From an uncultured Chloroflexia bacterium (lineage in GTDB: Bacteria; Chloroflexota; Ktedonobacteria; Ktedonobacterales; JADMIN01), in assembly GCA_963718915.1 (NCBI GenBank), contig CAVRAI010000014.1, forward strand, positions 211,033 to 243,032: a stretch of 32,000 nt of DNA. The letters are read 5' to 3'. The translations under genes were made by a program, and so were the position numbers. The notes under the pieces are model-generated. The model made no database searches and was not told the origin of the DNA. It saw only the letters and a program-made list of their open reading frames with translations. Position 1 is the first letter of the stretch. Each line of letters starts with the position of its first letter. Of this stretch, positions 1 through 7,691 are shown piece by piece.

Positions 1-234
1 GTGGCCGTGAATATCTGCGCATCATCTACGGGCCAGACTACACCGAGCCAGCCAACCTGGAGCGGCTGCGCCTGCGCGGGATTGCGCTTCAAGCGCGCAC
101 TGGCCGTCCGTGAGTTCGCCCTGGGTGTCGAGTCGCTGGAGCGCTTCATCCGCCGCGAGCCACTCTGGCGCGTGCACCAGGCGGTCTTCGCGGTGCTGGC
201 GCTCGAATCGGAGCCGGTTGATCCGCGGCTGTGA
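1..234 (+). pseudogene. 3' end of a polynucleotide kinase-phosphatase (Pnkp, RNA-repair)-like gene with an apparent 1-nt frameshift near position 81; the 5' part lies outside the window
   Basis: Frame 3 (3-110) reads GREYLRIIYGPDYTEPANLERLRLRG and then hits TGA at 111-113. Frame 1 from about 82 reads LRFKRALAVREFALGVESLERFIRREPLWRVHQAVFAVLALESEPVDPRL with a stop at 232-234. The joined text matches my recollection of the conserved Pnkp C-terminus. Confidence 0.5.
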
Positions 235-423
235 GCCAGACCTATCGCGCTTGTGTTATCCTGAGTGGCAAATACCACGAAACGACACATTGAAGGGGGT
301 GTTGTCCAAACGTCCAGCGGCTATGGACGAGAGATTCGGTCCTCTGCTGTCTCTGAAGTCACTGAACCGACTGTAGATTTCTGAGTCACCGATGTTGGTG
401 AACACACACAGGAGGCATCTGCT

Positions 424-2229
424 ATGTCCTGGTTCAAACGCAAAACAACCACTGCTGGGCCCGCTGTTGCCACGCCCGCCGCAGAACCTGTAACTCCGTC
501 TCCGTCTCCGTCTCCGTCTCCAACTCCAGCGCCCGTGGTGGCTCCCGCTGCCCAGTCTCCGACGCCGACAAGCAACGGATCGTCCATCGCGACGACAATG
601 ATGGACTATCCGCTAACGCTGCAATACGCCGCCGACCGCGCCAAAAACTATTTCGCCAACCGCGAGATCGTGACCCTGACGGCGGACGGCTACGACCGGA
701 CGACCTATGGCCAGGTCTGCGACCGTGCGCGTCAGATGGCGAGCGCGCTCGAAAAGCTGGGCATCAGGCAGGGCGACCGCGTGGCCACGCTGGCCTGGAA
801 TACCGCGCGCCACTTCGAGCTATATCTCGGCGTTCCCTGCATGGGCGCTGTGCTGCATACGCTCAACCTGCGGCTGCCGCTCGATCAGTTGACGTTCATC
901 ATCAACGACGCCGCCGACCGCGTGATCTTCATCGACGCCGACCTGATGCCGATTCTTGAGAAAGTCGCGGGCCAAATCCCGTCGGTGGAATATCTCGTCG
1001 TCATGAACGGCCAGGCCAGCCCCGCAGCCGAGGGTCTGCCAAAGGTGCTGGACTATGAGGAGTTGTTAGCCACCGGCTCGCCCGACTATACCTGGCCAGA
1101 GCTGGATGAGCGCGCCCCCGCCGCGATGTGCTACACCTCCGGCACGACCGGCAACCCGAAGGGCGTCGTCTACAGTCATCGCTCGTCGCTGCTGCACGCG
1201 CTCACGGTAACGCAGGCTGATACGATAGCCCTCTCCGAGCGCGACGTTGCCATGCCGCTGGTGCCGATGTTCCACGTCAACTGCTGGGGGCTGCCACACG
1301 CGGGAACGCTGGTGGGCTGCAAGTTGGTGCTGCCGGGGCGCTTCATGACGCCGGATCGCACCTCCCAGGCGATGGTGGACGAAGGCGTGACGCTCTCGGC
1401 GGGCGTGCCGACGCTCTGGCTTGGACTGCTCCAGGTGATGGCGCAGCGGCCCGATCTCAAGTTCCCCAAACTCAACCGCGTCGTCATCGGTGGCTCCGCC
1501 TGCCCGGTCTCGCTGATTCAGGCATTGGAGGCGAACGGCATCCCGGTGCTACACGCCTGGGGCATGACCGAGACCTCGCCGATTGGCACCGTCTCGCGGC
1601 TGCTTTCGACGCTCGAGGATCTGCCACAGGACCAGCGGATAGCCTATCAGGCGAAGCAGGGCCGTGTCGTGCCAGGCGTCGAGCTGCGCATCGTCGATCT
1701 GGGGTCGGGCGAAGTCGTTCCCTCAGACGGCGAGACCTTTGGCGAGATACAGGTGCGCGGGCCATGGATTACCGGCAGCTATTACCACGCCGACAACGCC
1801 GAGATGGGCCAGGACAAATTCATGGACGGCTGGTTCCGCACGGGCGATGTGGCGACGATGGACGCCGAGGGCTACATGCAGATCGTCGACCGCACCAAAG
1901 ATGTGGTGAAGTCGGGTGGCGAGTGGATCTCGTCGGTGACGCTCGAAAACGATATCATGGGCCATCCGCAGGTGCTGGAGGCGGCGGTGATCGCGCTGCC
2001 GCACCCGAAGTGGCAGGAGCGCCCGATTGCGGTGGTCGTGCCCAAGCCGGATGCGGTGGGCCAACTGACCGAGGCCGACATCATCAGCTATCTGGAGCCG
2101 CGTGTCGCCAAATGGTGGCTGCCTGACCGCGTGATCTTCGTCGAGGCGATCCCGAAGACCAGTGTCGGCAAGTTCGACAAGAAGGTGATGCGCGCGCAGT
2201 TGGCCTCAGAGGTGAAGCTCGGCGAATAA
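424..2229 (+). CDS. AMP-dependent acyl-CoA synthetase/ligase (fatty-acid-CoA ligase family) with a 58-aa Pro/Ser/Thr/Ala-rich N-terminal extension
   Basis: 601-aa ORF. Motifs present: YTSGTTGNPKGV, WFRTGD, KTSVGKFDKK. SD AGGAGG at 411-416 lies 7 nt before ATG 424. Confidence 0.9.
   Translation: MSWFKRKTTTAGPAVATPAAEPVTPSPSPSPSPTPAPVVAPAAQSPTPTSNGSSIATTMMDYPLTLQYAADRAKNYFANREIVTLTADGYDRTTYGQVCDRARQMASALEKLGIRQGDRVATLAWNTARHFELYLGVPCMGAVLHTLNLRLPLDQLTFIINDAADRVIFIDADLMPILEKVAGQIPSVEYLVVMNGQASPAAEGLPKVLDYEELLATGSPDYTWPELDERAPAAMCYTSGTTGNPKGVVYSHRSSLLHALTVTQADTIALSERDVAMPLVPMFHVNCWGLPHAGTLVGCKLVLPGRFMTPDRTSQAMVDEGVTLSAGVPTLWLGLLQVMAQRPDLKFPKLNRVVIGGSACPVSLIQALEANGIPVLHAWGMTETSPIGTVSRLLSTLEDLPQDQRIAYQAKQGRVVPGVELRIVDLGSGEVVPSDGETFGEIQVRGPWITGSYYHADNAEMGQDKFMDGWFRTGDVATMDAEGYMQIVDRTKDVVKSGGEWISSVTLENDIMGHPQVLEAAVIALPHPKWQERPIAVVVPKPDAVGQLTEADIISYLEPRVAKWWLPDRVIFVEAIPKTSVGKFDKKVMRAQLASEVKLGE
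495..521 (+). repeat. In-frame hexanucleotide tandem repeat (TCCGTC)x4.5 encoding PSPSPSPSP
   Basis: Read directly: tccgtc tccgtc tccgtc tccgtc tcc, inside the N-terminal extension of the acyl-CoA synthetase. Confidence 0.9.
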
Positions 2230-2251
2230 TGGCCAGCTAGCTTTTCAGGAG

Positions 2252-2286
2252 CGCCTCTCTCCGTTGCTGGGGAGGGGCGTTTTCTT
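2252..2286 (+). terminator. Rho-independent terminator of the acyl-CoA synthetase gene
   Basis: 11-bp stem CGCCUCUCUCC / GGGGAGGGGCG (two G-U pairs), loop GUUGCU, followed by UUUUCUU. It starts 23 nt after the stop codon. Confidence 0.6.
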
Positions 2287-2438
2287 GTGCCAGTGCATCT
2301 ATGAGCTATCGCACAGTATTTCTGTGATGCTCACCGTAGGGCGAGACTTGACAAGCATGCAATCATAGCGTCATCGAATTATTGTGATTGCGTCGGTTCG
2401 GGATATGCGCCCGTGGGCAGCGCGTGCAGGGGTGGCTC

Positions 2439-2467
2439 GCCGCAGGCTAAAGCCCTGCGGCTAATCC
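2439..2467 (-). repeat. REP-like palindromic element, GGATTAGCC-hairpin family, copy 1
   Basis: gccgcaggctaaagccctgcggctaatcc is the perfect 29-nt reverse complement of 6525-6553. It contains an 8-bp stem GCCGCAGG/CCTGCGGC with a 7-nt loop. Confidence 0.85.
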
Positions 2468-2514
2468 TGACTCTCCAGGTCTCCTTATGCAAGGAAGGCC
2501 AGAACGGTGGCTCA

Positions 2515-2560
2515 GGGATTAGCCGTGGTCTTCAGGCCACGGTGCGCGGCTTTGCCGCGC
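2515..2560 (+). repeat. REP-like element, variant of the GGGATTAGCC family followed by two GC hairpins
   Basis: gggattagcc is followed by CCGTGG-tcttcagg-CCACGG and GCGCGGC-ttt-GCCGCGC. It faces copy 1 as an inverted pair (ggctaatcc / ggattagcc). Confidence 0.7.
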
Positions 2561-2668
2561 TGATGGGATAGCTCTCCCGAACTGACGGGTTTTTGCGTTG
2601 AAACAGGATGATACCGGGAGGGGAGAAGATACCTGGTCATCTTGCAACGCGCCGTGAAAGGGCCTCCG

Positions 2669-3754
2669 ATGACGCACTTCTTCTTGTCATCATGGAAGCG
2701 ACCCAGGACAGGACTCCTCATTCTTTGTCTCTCGTTGATGCTCGCCCTGGCTGCCTGTGGGAGCAGCACGACACCAGGGACGGGCGATCTCACCGCTGGC
2801 GCGAATCCAACTGCTACCACCACCAGCGGAGGCAGCGGCTCGCCGACCGCGACAACCAGCACAGGTGGCGGCTCGCCCACCGCGACGCCATCGGGCAGCG
2901 GCACGCCGGATGCGGTGGCTCCGCCGTTCTTCTTTACCGTCCGCGCGACCGTCAGCAATAGTGTCGGTGACTACACCCTCATCGACAACGTCGTCACGAA
3001 TGGCGACCCTGGCCTCGTCCTCTTCGTCACGGCGAACTACAACCCGAATGGCGCTGGCGGGGTCTATGACAACCATCCGCTGGGGGTCTTTTACATCAGC
3101 GGAACCACCAACAAGTGGGCGATCTATCATGATGACAAGACACCCTACATCATCAATGCCAGCTACAACGTCTGGGCACGTGAGACCAGCCAGCCCGGCA
3201 CGTTCATCTGGCGCGCCAGCGCGGCCAACAGCGCGGGGGACTACACCATCATCGACAATCCCGCCACGAACGGCAACCCCAACGTCGTCATCCTGGTGAC
3301 CCACAACTGGAATCCCGGCGGAGTCGCTGGCATCTACGAGAATCACCGGCTGGGCGTCTACTATATCGGGGGAACCACCAACAAGTGGGCGATCTACCAT
3401 CAGGACACGACACCCTACACGCTCAACGCCAATTACAACGTCTACGCGACGGTCGCCGACGGCGCGACGCGGTTCGTGGCGCACGCCTGCTCCGCGCCGT
3501 GTACCTACGACTACATCACATTCAGTAGCTCGGCGTCGAACAACAAGCCTGGCGCCATCGTCTTTGCCACGGCGAACTGGAATCCCGGCGGCACGGGCGG
3601 CGTCTATGATGACCACAACCTGGGCGTCTTCTATTCCAGCGGCTACCTGCGCTGGGCGGTCTATCACCAGGATCAGGCGGCCTACATCGCCAACTCCTCC
3701 TTCAATGTGGTGATCCCGCAGACCGGGCGAGTGAGGGCAGACCTCACCCCCTAG
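2669..3754 (+). CDS. Secreted lipoprotein of unknown function with three tandem ~90-aa repeat modules
   Basis: The ORF opens at TTG 2642, but ATG 2669 gives MTHFFLSSWKRPRTGLLILCLSLMLALAACGSS, a signal peptide plus lipobox LAAC. A T/S/G/P linker follows. The modules lie at about 2927-3199, 3200-3466 and 3467-3751 and share NWNPGG.GG.Y.NH.LGV.Y..KWAIYH.D..PY..NA.YNV. Confidence 0.8.
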   Translation: MTHFFLSSWKRPRTGLLILCLSLMLALAACGSSTTPGTGDLTAGANPTATTTSGGSGSPTATTSTGGGSPTATPSGSGTPDAVAPPFFFTVRATVSNSVGDYTLIDNVVTNGDPGLVLFVTANYNPNGAGGVYDNHPLGVFYISGTTNKWAIYHDDKTPYIINASYNVWARETSQPGTFIWRASAANSAGDYTIIDNPATNGNPNVVILVTHNWNPGGVAGIYENHRLGVYYIGGTTNKWAIYHQDTTPYTLNANYNVYATVADGATRFVAHACSAPCTYDYITFSSSASNNKPGAIVFATANWNPGGTGGVYDDHNLGVFYSSGYLRWAVYHQDQAAYIANSSFNVVIPQTGRVRADLTP

Positions 3755-3779
3755 CCCCCTCTCCCACGAGGAGAGGGGG
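3755..3779. repeat. Perfect 10-bp GC hairpin immediately after the lipoprotein stop codon (possible terminator or REP unit)
   Basis: CCCCCTCTCC-cacga-GGAGAGGGGG. No U-tract follows. Confidence 0.6.
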
Positions 3780-3811
3780 AACCAGACACCACACACGGAC
3801 GCGGACTCCGG

Positions 3812-3925
3812 CTCTGGCTCCCCTCCCCGCGCCGGGGGCTGGTGCGCGAGCCGTCAGGCGAGAAGCGCGCGACGAGCGCGCGGAGCTCCAGCGGCCCGAA
3901 GGGCGGGGTTGGGGGAGAGGTCCGC
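3812..3925. repeat. REP-like element (CTCTGGCTCCCCTCCCCGCGCCGGGG...GGGGTTGGGGGAGAGGTCCGC family), expanded copy with a 67-nt internal insertion
   Basis: 3812-3837 equals 6602-6627 (26 nt) and 3905-3925 equals 6629-6649 (21 nt). The two halves are separated here by 3838-3904. Confidence 0.85.
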
Positions 3926-4008
3926 GCCACCTTGAATGCTATTGCCCCAGATGTTACACTGGCAGGGCAGCCGGACGGCATATATCTGTAGCACAGGGGT
4001 CGGCCATC

Positions 4009-4752
4009 ATGAGCGAGACGGATTCCTACAAAATCTTCATCTCCTATCGCCGCGACGACACTCAGGCGACCGTTGACCACATCTATGACTGGCTGGTGCG
4101 CGCGTTTGCCCGCGAGCTAGGCGCCAAAGCCATCTTCAAAGACGTGGACGCGATTCCAGTGGGCTATGGCTTTCCTGGCGTGGTTGCCAGCAAGATGCGC
4201 CAGTGTCGCGTGGCGCTGATTGTGATTGGCCCCTCCTGGACAACGCTGCTCTCGCATGATGATCCCTACACGGGGCAGCCGCGTCTCAACGACCCGGCCG
4301 ATAACGTGCGTGTCGAGGTGGAGCAGGCGCTGGTGTTGGCCCCGATGAACGAAGCGGGGGAGCCTGCCAGTCAGCTCCTCCTGATTCCGGTGCTGGTGCA
4401 GGGCGCACGCATGCCCCGCGCGGAACAGTTGCCCGAGAGTCTTCGTCCACTGACCCTGCGCAACGGCACGCCGATTCGTCCTGACCCCGACTTCGCGCAC
4501 GATACCTGGCGGCTTATCACGCGGATGGCGGACTGGATGGGCGTGACCGCTGACGACCCGCGTGGTGGACATGTCACGCCGCCCGTCGTCACGCCTCCGC
4601 CATCGTCTCCAACGCCCGCCGATCCGATAGCCGACCTGCTGGCGCGCTTCCTGCCACAGCTGCGCGCCGCCTTCGACGCGCAAGACTGGCCGCAGGTGGC
4701 GCGGCTGGCCGCCTTCATCCAGCGCAGCGTCCCTGCCGAGCGGCTGCCCTAA
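4009..4752 (+). CDS. TIR-domain protein (intact ORF; probably the surviving N-terminal module of a longer TIR-TPR gene)
   Basis: YKIFISYRRDD..FKDVD..CRVALIVIGPSW..VRVEVEQAL is a TIR_2-like signature. A Pro-rich linker follows. The ORF ends at TAA 4750-4752, but homologous-looking text continues in another frame. Confidence 0.75.
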   Translation: MSETDSYKIFISYRRDDTQATVDHIYDWLVRAFARELGAKAIFKDVDAIPVGYGFPGVVASKMRQCRVALIVIGPSWTTLLSHDDPYTGQPRLNDPADNVRVEVEQALVLAPMNEAGEPASQLLLIPVLVQGARMPRAEQLPESLRPLTLRNGTPIRPDPDFAHDTWRLITRMADWMGVTADDPRGGHVTPPVVTPPPSSPTPADPIADLLARFLPQLRAAFDAQDWPQVARLAAFIQRSVPAERLP

Positions 4753-5423
4753 CGAGGTCTACGCGATGCAGGGGCGGGCGCTGATGGCCGAGCGCGACTA
4801 TGCCGGAGCAAAGACCGCCTGGGATACCGTGCGGCAACGTGACCCACTCGATGTCGTGGCGCTACGTGCCGCCGCCGATGCCCGCATCGCGCTAGGCGAG
4901 AAGGTCGCACGCCCTGCCGCTGCTCGACGACGCGCTCACGCTCACATCAGATCGCGCTCAGCGGCTGGCGTTACTGCGTATCTACGCCAGCGTGCTCGCC
5001 GATGTCGCCCGCGCCGAGCAGGGAAGAACGCTGCCAGCGCCCAATCCCACTGGACGACGCTGCTCCGGGTGGCCAATGAGGGGCTGACCCTGGCGGGAGA
5101 GGGTGACCCGGGCTGGCAGACGACGAGGCTGGAGGCGCTCGCTGGGCTGGGACGCGACGGTGAGGCGCTGGAGGTGGCCCGCGTGCTAACCGCCCGGCAG
5201 GACGCCACCGCCGCGCTCTGGCTGACCCGCGCCCGACTGGCGTGGAAGCTGGCGGGCGAGATCGCCCACCGACGAGGTGCGCGCCGCCCTCGACGCCGCC
5301 AGTCGCCTGGCGCCAAACGACCCGACCATCACCCAGGCGCGGCAGGAACTGCTGGTGATCCTCAAGCCTGATCGCTTCCCGCCACGGCTGGCAGAGTTGG
5401 GGTTCACTGCTCAGGAAGCGTGA
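4751..5423 (+). pseudogene. TPR-like helical-repeat region broken by frameshifts (continuation of the TIR gene)
   Basis: Readable segments switch frame. Frame 2 reads NEVYAMQGRALMAERDYAGAKTAWDTVRQRDP..ALGE. Frame 0 reads ALPLLDDALTLTSDRAQRLALLRIYASVLADVARAEQG. Frame 2 reads LLRVANEGLTLAGEGDPGWQTTRLEALAGLGRDGEALEVARVLTARQD. Frame 0 reads PTDEVRAALDAASRLAPNDPTITQARQELL and ends at TGA 5421. Confidence 0.6.
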
Positions 5424-6160
5424 GTGGCGTCAAGTTCATCCTACCCGCCGGTCTGCGCCGTGCCCGCGGGCGAGTTCCTCATGGGCAGCGATCCCAGACG
5501 CGGATAAGGATGCGCAGGCCAGCGAGCAGCCGCAGCATCGCGTCAATCTGGCCGCCTTCTCGATCGGCCGCTTCCCGGTGACGGTGGCCGAGTACGCCTG
5601 CTTCGTCGAGGCGACGCAGCAGCGCCAGCCAAATGATTGGCCGAACCAGATGCAGAAAGCTCGATCATCCCGTCGTCTATGTCTCCTGGGATGACGCCGT
5701 CGCCTATGCCGCCTGGCTGGCGCGGACGACCGGGCAGCCCTGGCGCTTGCCGACCGAGGCGGAATGGGAGAAAGCGGCCCGGTGGGACCAGCGCGACGGG
5801 CGTCGCGCGTCTCTATCCCTGGGGTGATACGTTCGACCAGTCGCGTGCCAATACCAGCGAAAGCGGCAAGGGCGGCACAACCGCCATCGGCAGCTATCCG
5901 AGCGGGGCCAGCCCATACGGCGCGGAGGAGATGGCGGGCAACGTCTGGGAGTGGACGCACAGCCTCTACAAACCGTATCCATACACTGTGAGTGATGGTC
6001 GTGAAATGGAGAATTCCACTGAGAATCGAGTGCTGCGTGGCGGTTCGTGGGGCGACGACCAGCAGTCGCGCGCGCGGCCTTCGCACGGCCTCAGGCCGGT
6101 CATCCTCGACATTGGTATCGTCTCGTTGTCGGCCTCGGCTGGTTCTAGTAGCCATTAACT
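5424..6160 (+). pseudogene. FGE-sulfatase (SUMF1/EgtB/PvdO-type) domain gene or module, multiply frameshifted
   Basis: Ordered hallmark blocks lie successively in frames 0, 1, 2, 0: VPAGEFLMGSDP; [25 protein letters not shown]; [32 protein letters not shown]; YPWGD..GNVWEWT..RVLRGGSW. The C-terminal GFR block is scrambled. Confidence 0.7.
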
Positions 6161-6310
6161 CTGGTTCTTGATTTCTCAATCACGCTCATGTAAGTGTATC
6201 GGGTATATCGTGCGGGTTTCTGGTTCTGTCCGCGCGAGCGCGGAAATTCGCGGATTTTTTGTGAGCGCCGAGGGGTAGTTTGGAATCCCGTGCGTGTGAG
6301 AGGATGTCCT

Positions 6311-6415
6311 ATGGATGATGTCCCTGAAACACCATCACTCTATGATCGTCTCTGCTCCTTCGAGAATCTCCTGCCGTATCGCGCGCCGTTCGCGGCGATA
6401 GGTGCTGGCGGTTAA
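6311..6415 (+). pseudogene. 5' stub (34 codons) of a retron/group-II-like reverse transcriptase gene
   Basis: MDDVPETPSLYDRLCSFENLLPYRAPF.. resembles the conserved N-terminus (..LWERLISFENLLLAAKQAQRGKR..) that I recall for stand-alone bacterial RVT_1 proteins. SD GAGAGGA lies upstream. The reading is truncated where the repeat at 6413 begins. Confidence 0.4.
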
Positions 6416-6479
6416 AACCGCGCCTGAAGGGCCTCGCTGCGCTCTGCCACGAAACCCGCCTGCGCGGATTCCCAGAGCG
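6413..6479 (+). repeat. REP-like element, TAAAACCGCGCCTGAAGGGCCTCGC...AAACCCGCCTGCGCGG family, copy 1
   Basis: About 85% identical to 7831-7902. It contains an N7-CTGC-N7' hairpin (AACCCGC-ctgc-GCGGatt). Confidence 0.8.
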
Positions 6480-6524
6480 TTGAGCTACTTTGGTGTCTGT
6501 CCATTGGGCGCTCCTGAGCGACTG

Positions 6525-6553
6525 GGATTAGCCGCAGGGCTTTAGCCTGCGGC
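6525..6553 (+). repeat. REP-like palindromic element, GGATTAGCC-hairpin family, copy 2
   Basis: Perfect 29-nt reverse-complement match to 2439-2467. Confidence 0.85.
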
Positions 6554-6601
6554 GGGGACACCCAGAATCGGGTTGCCTCTTCCCGCCTGCTCCGTTCGCA
6601 T

Positions 6602-6649
6602 CTCTGGCTCCCCTCCCCGCGCCGGGGAGGGGTTGGGGGAGAGGTCCGC
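6602..6649. repeat. REP-like element, compact copy, abutting the osmC stop codon
   Basis: Matches both halves of 3812-3925. The hairpin CCCCTCCCC-gcgcc-GGGGAGGGG lies at 6610-6632. Confidence 0.85.
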
Positions 6650-6650
6650 C

Positions 6651-7094
6651 CTACTGGTCGAGCGTGGCGTTGACCGTGATCTCGACGTTGTTGCGCAGCG
6701 CGTTCGAGACGGGGCAGCCCTGCTCCGCTGTGGCCGCCGCAGCCGCGAATCCCGCCTGATCGAGACCAGGTACCTTGCCGTGGACATCGAGACGCACGGC
6801 GGTGATCTTCATCTTGCCGTCCACGCGATCCAGCGCGCAGGTCGCCGTCACGTTTAGTTGCTCCGGTGGCGTGCCCGCGCCGTTGAGCGTATTCGAGAAG
6901 GCCATCGCATAGCATGAGGCATGCGCCGCCGCGATCAACTCTTCGGGGCTTGTCCGCCCATTGGGGTCTTCGGTGCGTGACGCCCAGGTGACGGGCAGTG
7001 TGCCGAAGGCCCCGCTTCCCGGAGTCACCGTCCCGCTCCCCTGGATCAAGTTTCCCTGCCAGACCACTTCCGCCCTGCGTTCCGCGACTGCCAT
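6651..7094 (-). CDS. osmC: OsmC/Ohr-family peroxiredoxin
   Basis: MAVAERRAEVVWQGNL..TSPEELIAAAHASCYAMAF..EQGCPVSNAL carries both conserved Cys contexts. I take ATG 7092-7094 as the start because it has a weak upstream SD (AAAGGAAAA); the ORF-track start at 7205 adds non-homologous residues. Confidence 0.85.
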   Translation of the reverse strand: MAVAERRAEVVWQGNLIQGSGTVTPGSGAFGTLPVTWASRTEDPNGRTSPEELIAAAHASCYAMAFSNTLNGAGTPPEQLNVTATCALDRVDGKMKITAVRLDVHGKVPGLDQAGFAAAAATAEQGCPVSNALRNNVEITVNATLDQ

Positions 7095-7128
7095 GGTTGT
7101 TTTTCCTTTCACTTCACTGTGAAGTCTG

Positions 7129-7476
7129 CTAGGCGTGTGCTGTATAGAGTGTATCCGTTCGCGCCGCCAGAATGAAATCGTTGCGGTGCAGCCCGCCGAT
7201 GGCATGCGTCCACCAGGAGACGGCGACTCGCCCCCACTCCGTCAGCAACGCCGGATGATGGCCTTCCTGCTCGGCCAGCGCGCCGACACGATTGGTAAAG
7301 TCCAGGGCGCTGGCAAAGTCGGGGAAGGTAAAGACGCGCATCAGCCGGGGAATGCCGCCCTGCTCGACAATGCGCCATGTGGGGATCTGCTTCAGGTATT
7401 CCTGGCTATCCTCCTCGGATACCGTTGGTTCGCCAGCCCGACAGGCCACACACGTCATCTGCGCCAGTGGCTCCAT
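7129..7476 (-). CDS. phhB: Pterin-4-alpha-carbinolamine dehydratase (PCD/DCoH)
   Basis: 115-aa protein, [63 protein letters not shown], with the HHP motif. A strong SD (AAGGAGG) precedes ATG 7474-7476. The 133-aa upstream extension of the ORF runs over repeats. Confidence 0.85.
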   Translation of the reverse strand: MEPLAQMTCVACRAGEPTVSEEDSQEYLKQIPTWRIVEQGGIPRLMRVFTFPDFASALDFTNRVGALAEQEGHHPALLTEWGRVAVSWWTHAIGGLHRNDFILAARTDTLYTAHA

Positions 7477-7691
7477 CTTGCGCCTCCTTCTTCCCGTGCA
7501 ACCCTCCAGGGCAACGTAGCTTCCAGTGCAGAACGTAGCACAGAGCGGGCCGGAAAGGCGATGGGGGCGCGTGGCGGTATGGGGAGAGGTTCTGGCGGAA
7601 GATGCCTGGGGATGCAGGCCGAAGCGTGTTGTCGGGTAATCCATGAAATGGGTCTGGCAGAGGGAGCGCGGGCGGTTACTGTCGTTATAGG

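Noticed and set aside
2690-3796. 368-aa ORF antisense to the lipoprotein gene. Similar long antisense ORFs: 5436-6179(-), 10385-11038(-), 16790-17749(-), 21471-22520(+), 22563-23381(+), 24856-25842(-), 27075-27848(+), 29167-30318(+)
   Set aside because: These are typical stop-poor shadow frames of a high-G+C genome. Their products are Arg/Ala/Gly/Pro-rich with no recognisable motifs, while the opposite strand encodes proteins with clear family signatures.
3751-4080. ORFs 3751-4080(-) and 6412-6915(-) share a peptide (SPPTPP..PRRGEGSQ), which suggests a small protein family
   Set aside because: The shared peptide is simply the translation of the REP-like repeat (3812-3925 / 6602-6649). Both ORFs run across intergenic palindromes or antisense to osmC.
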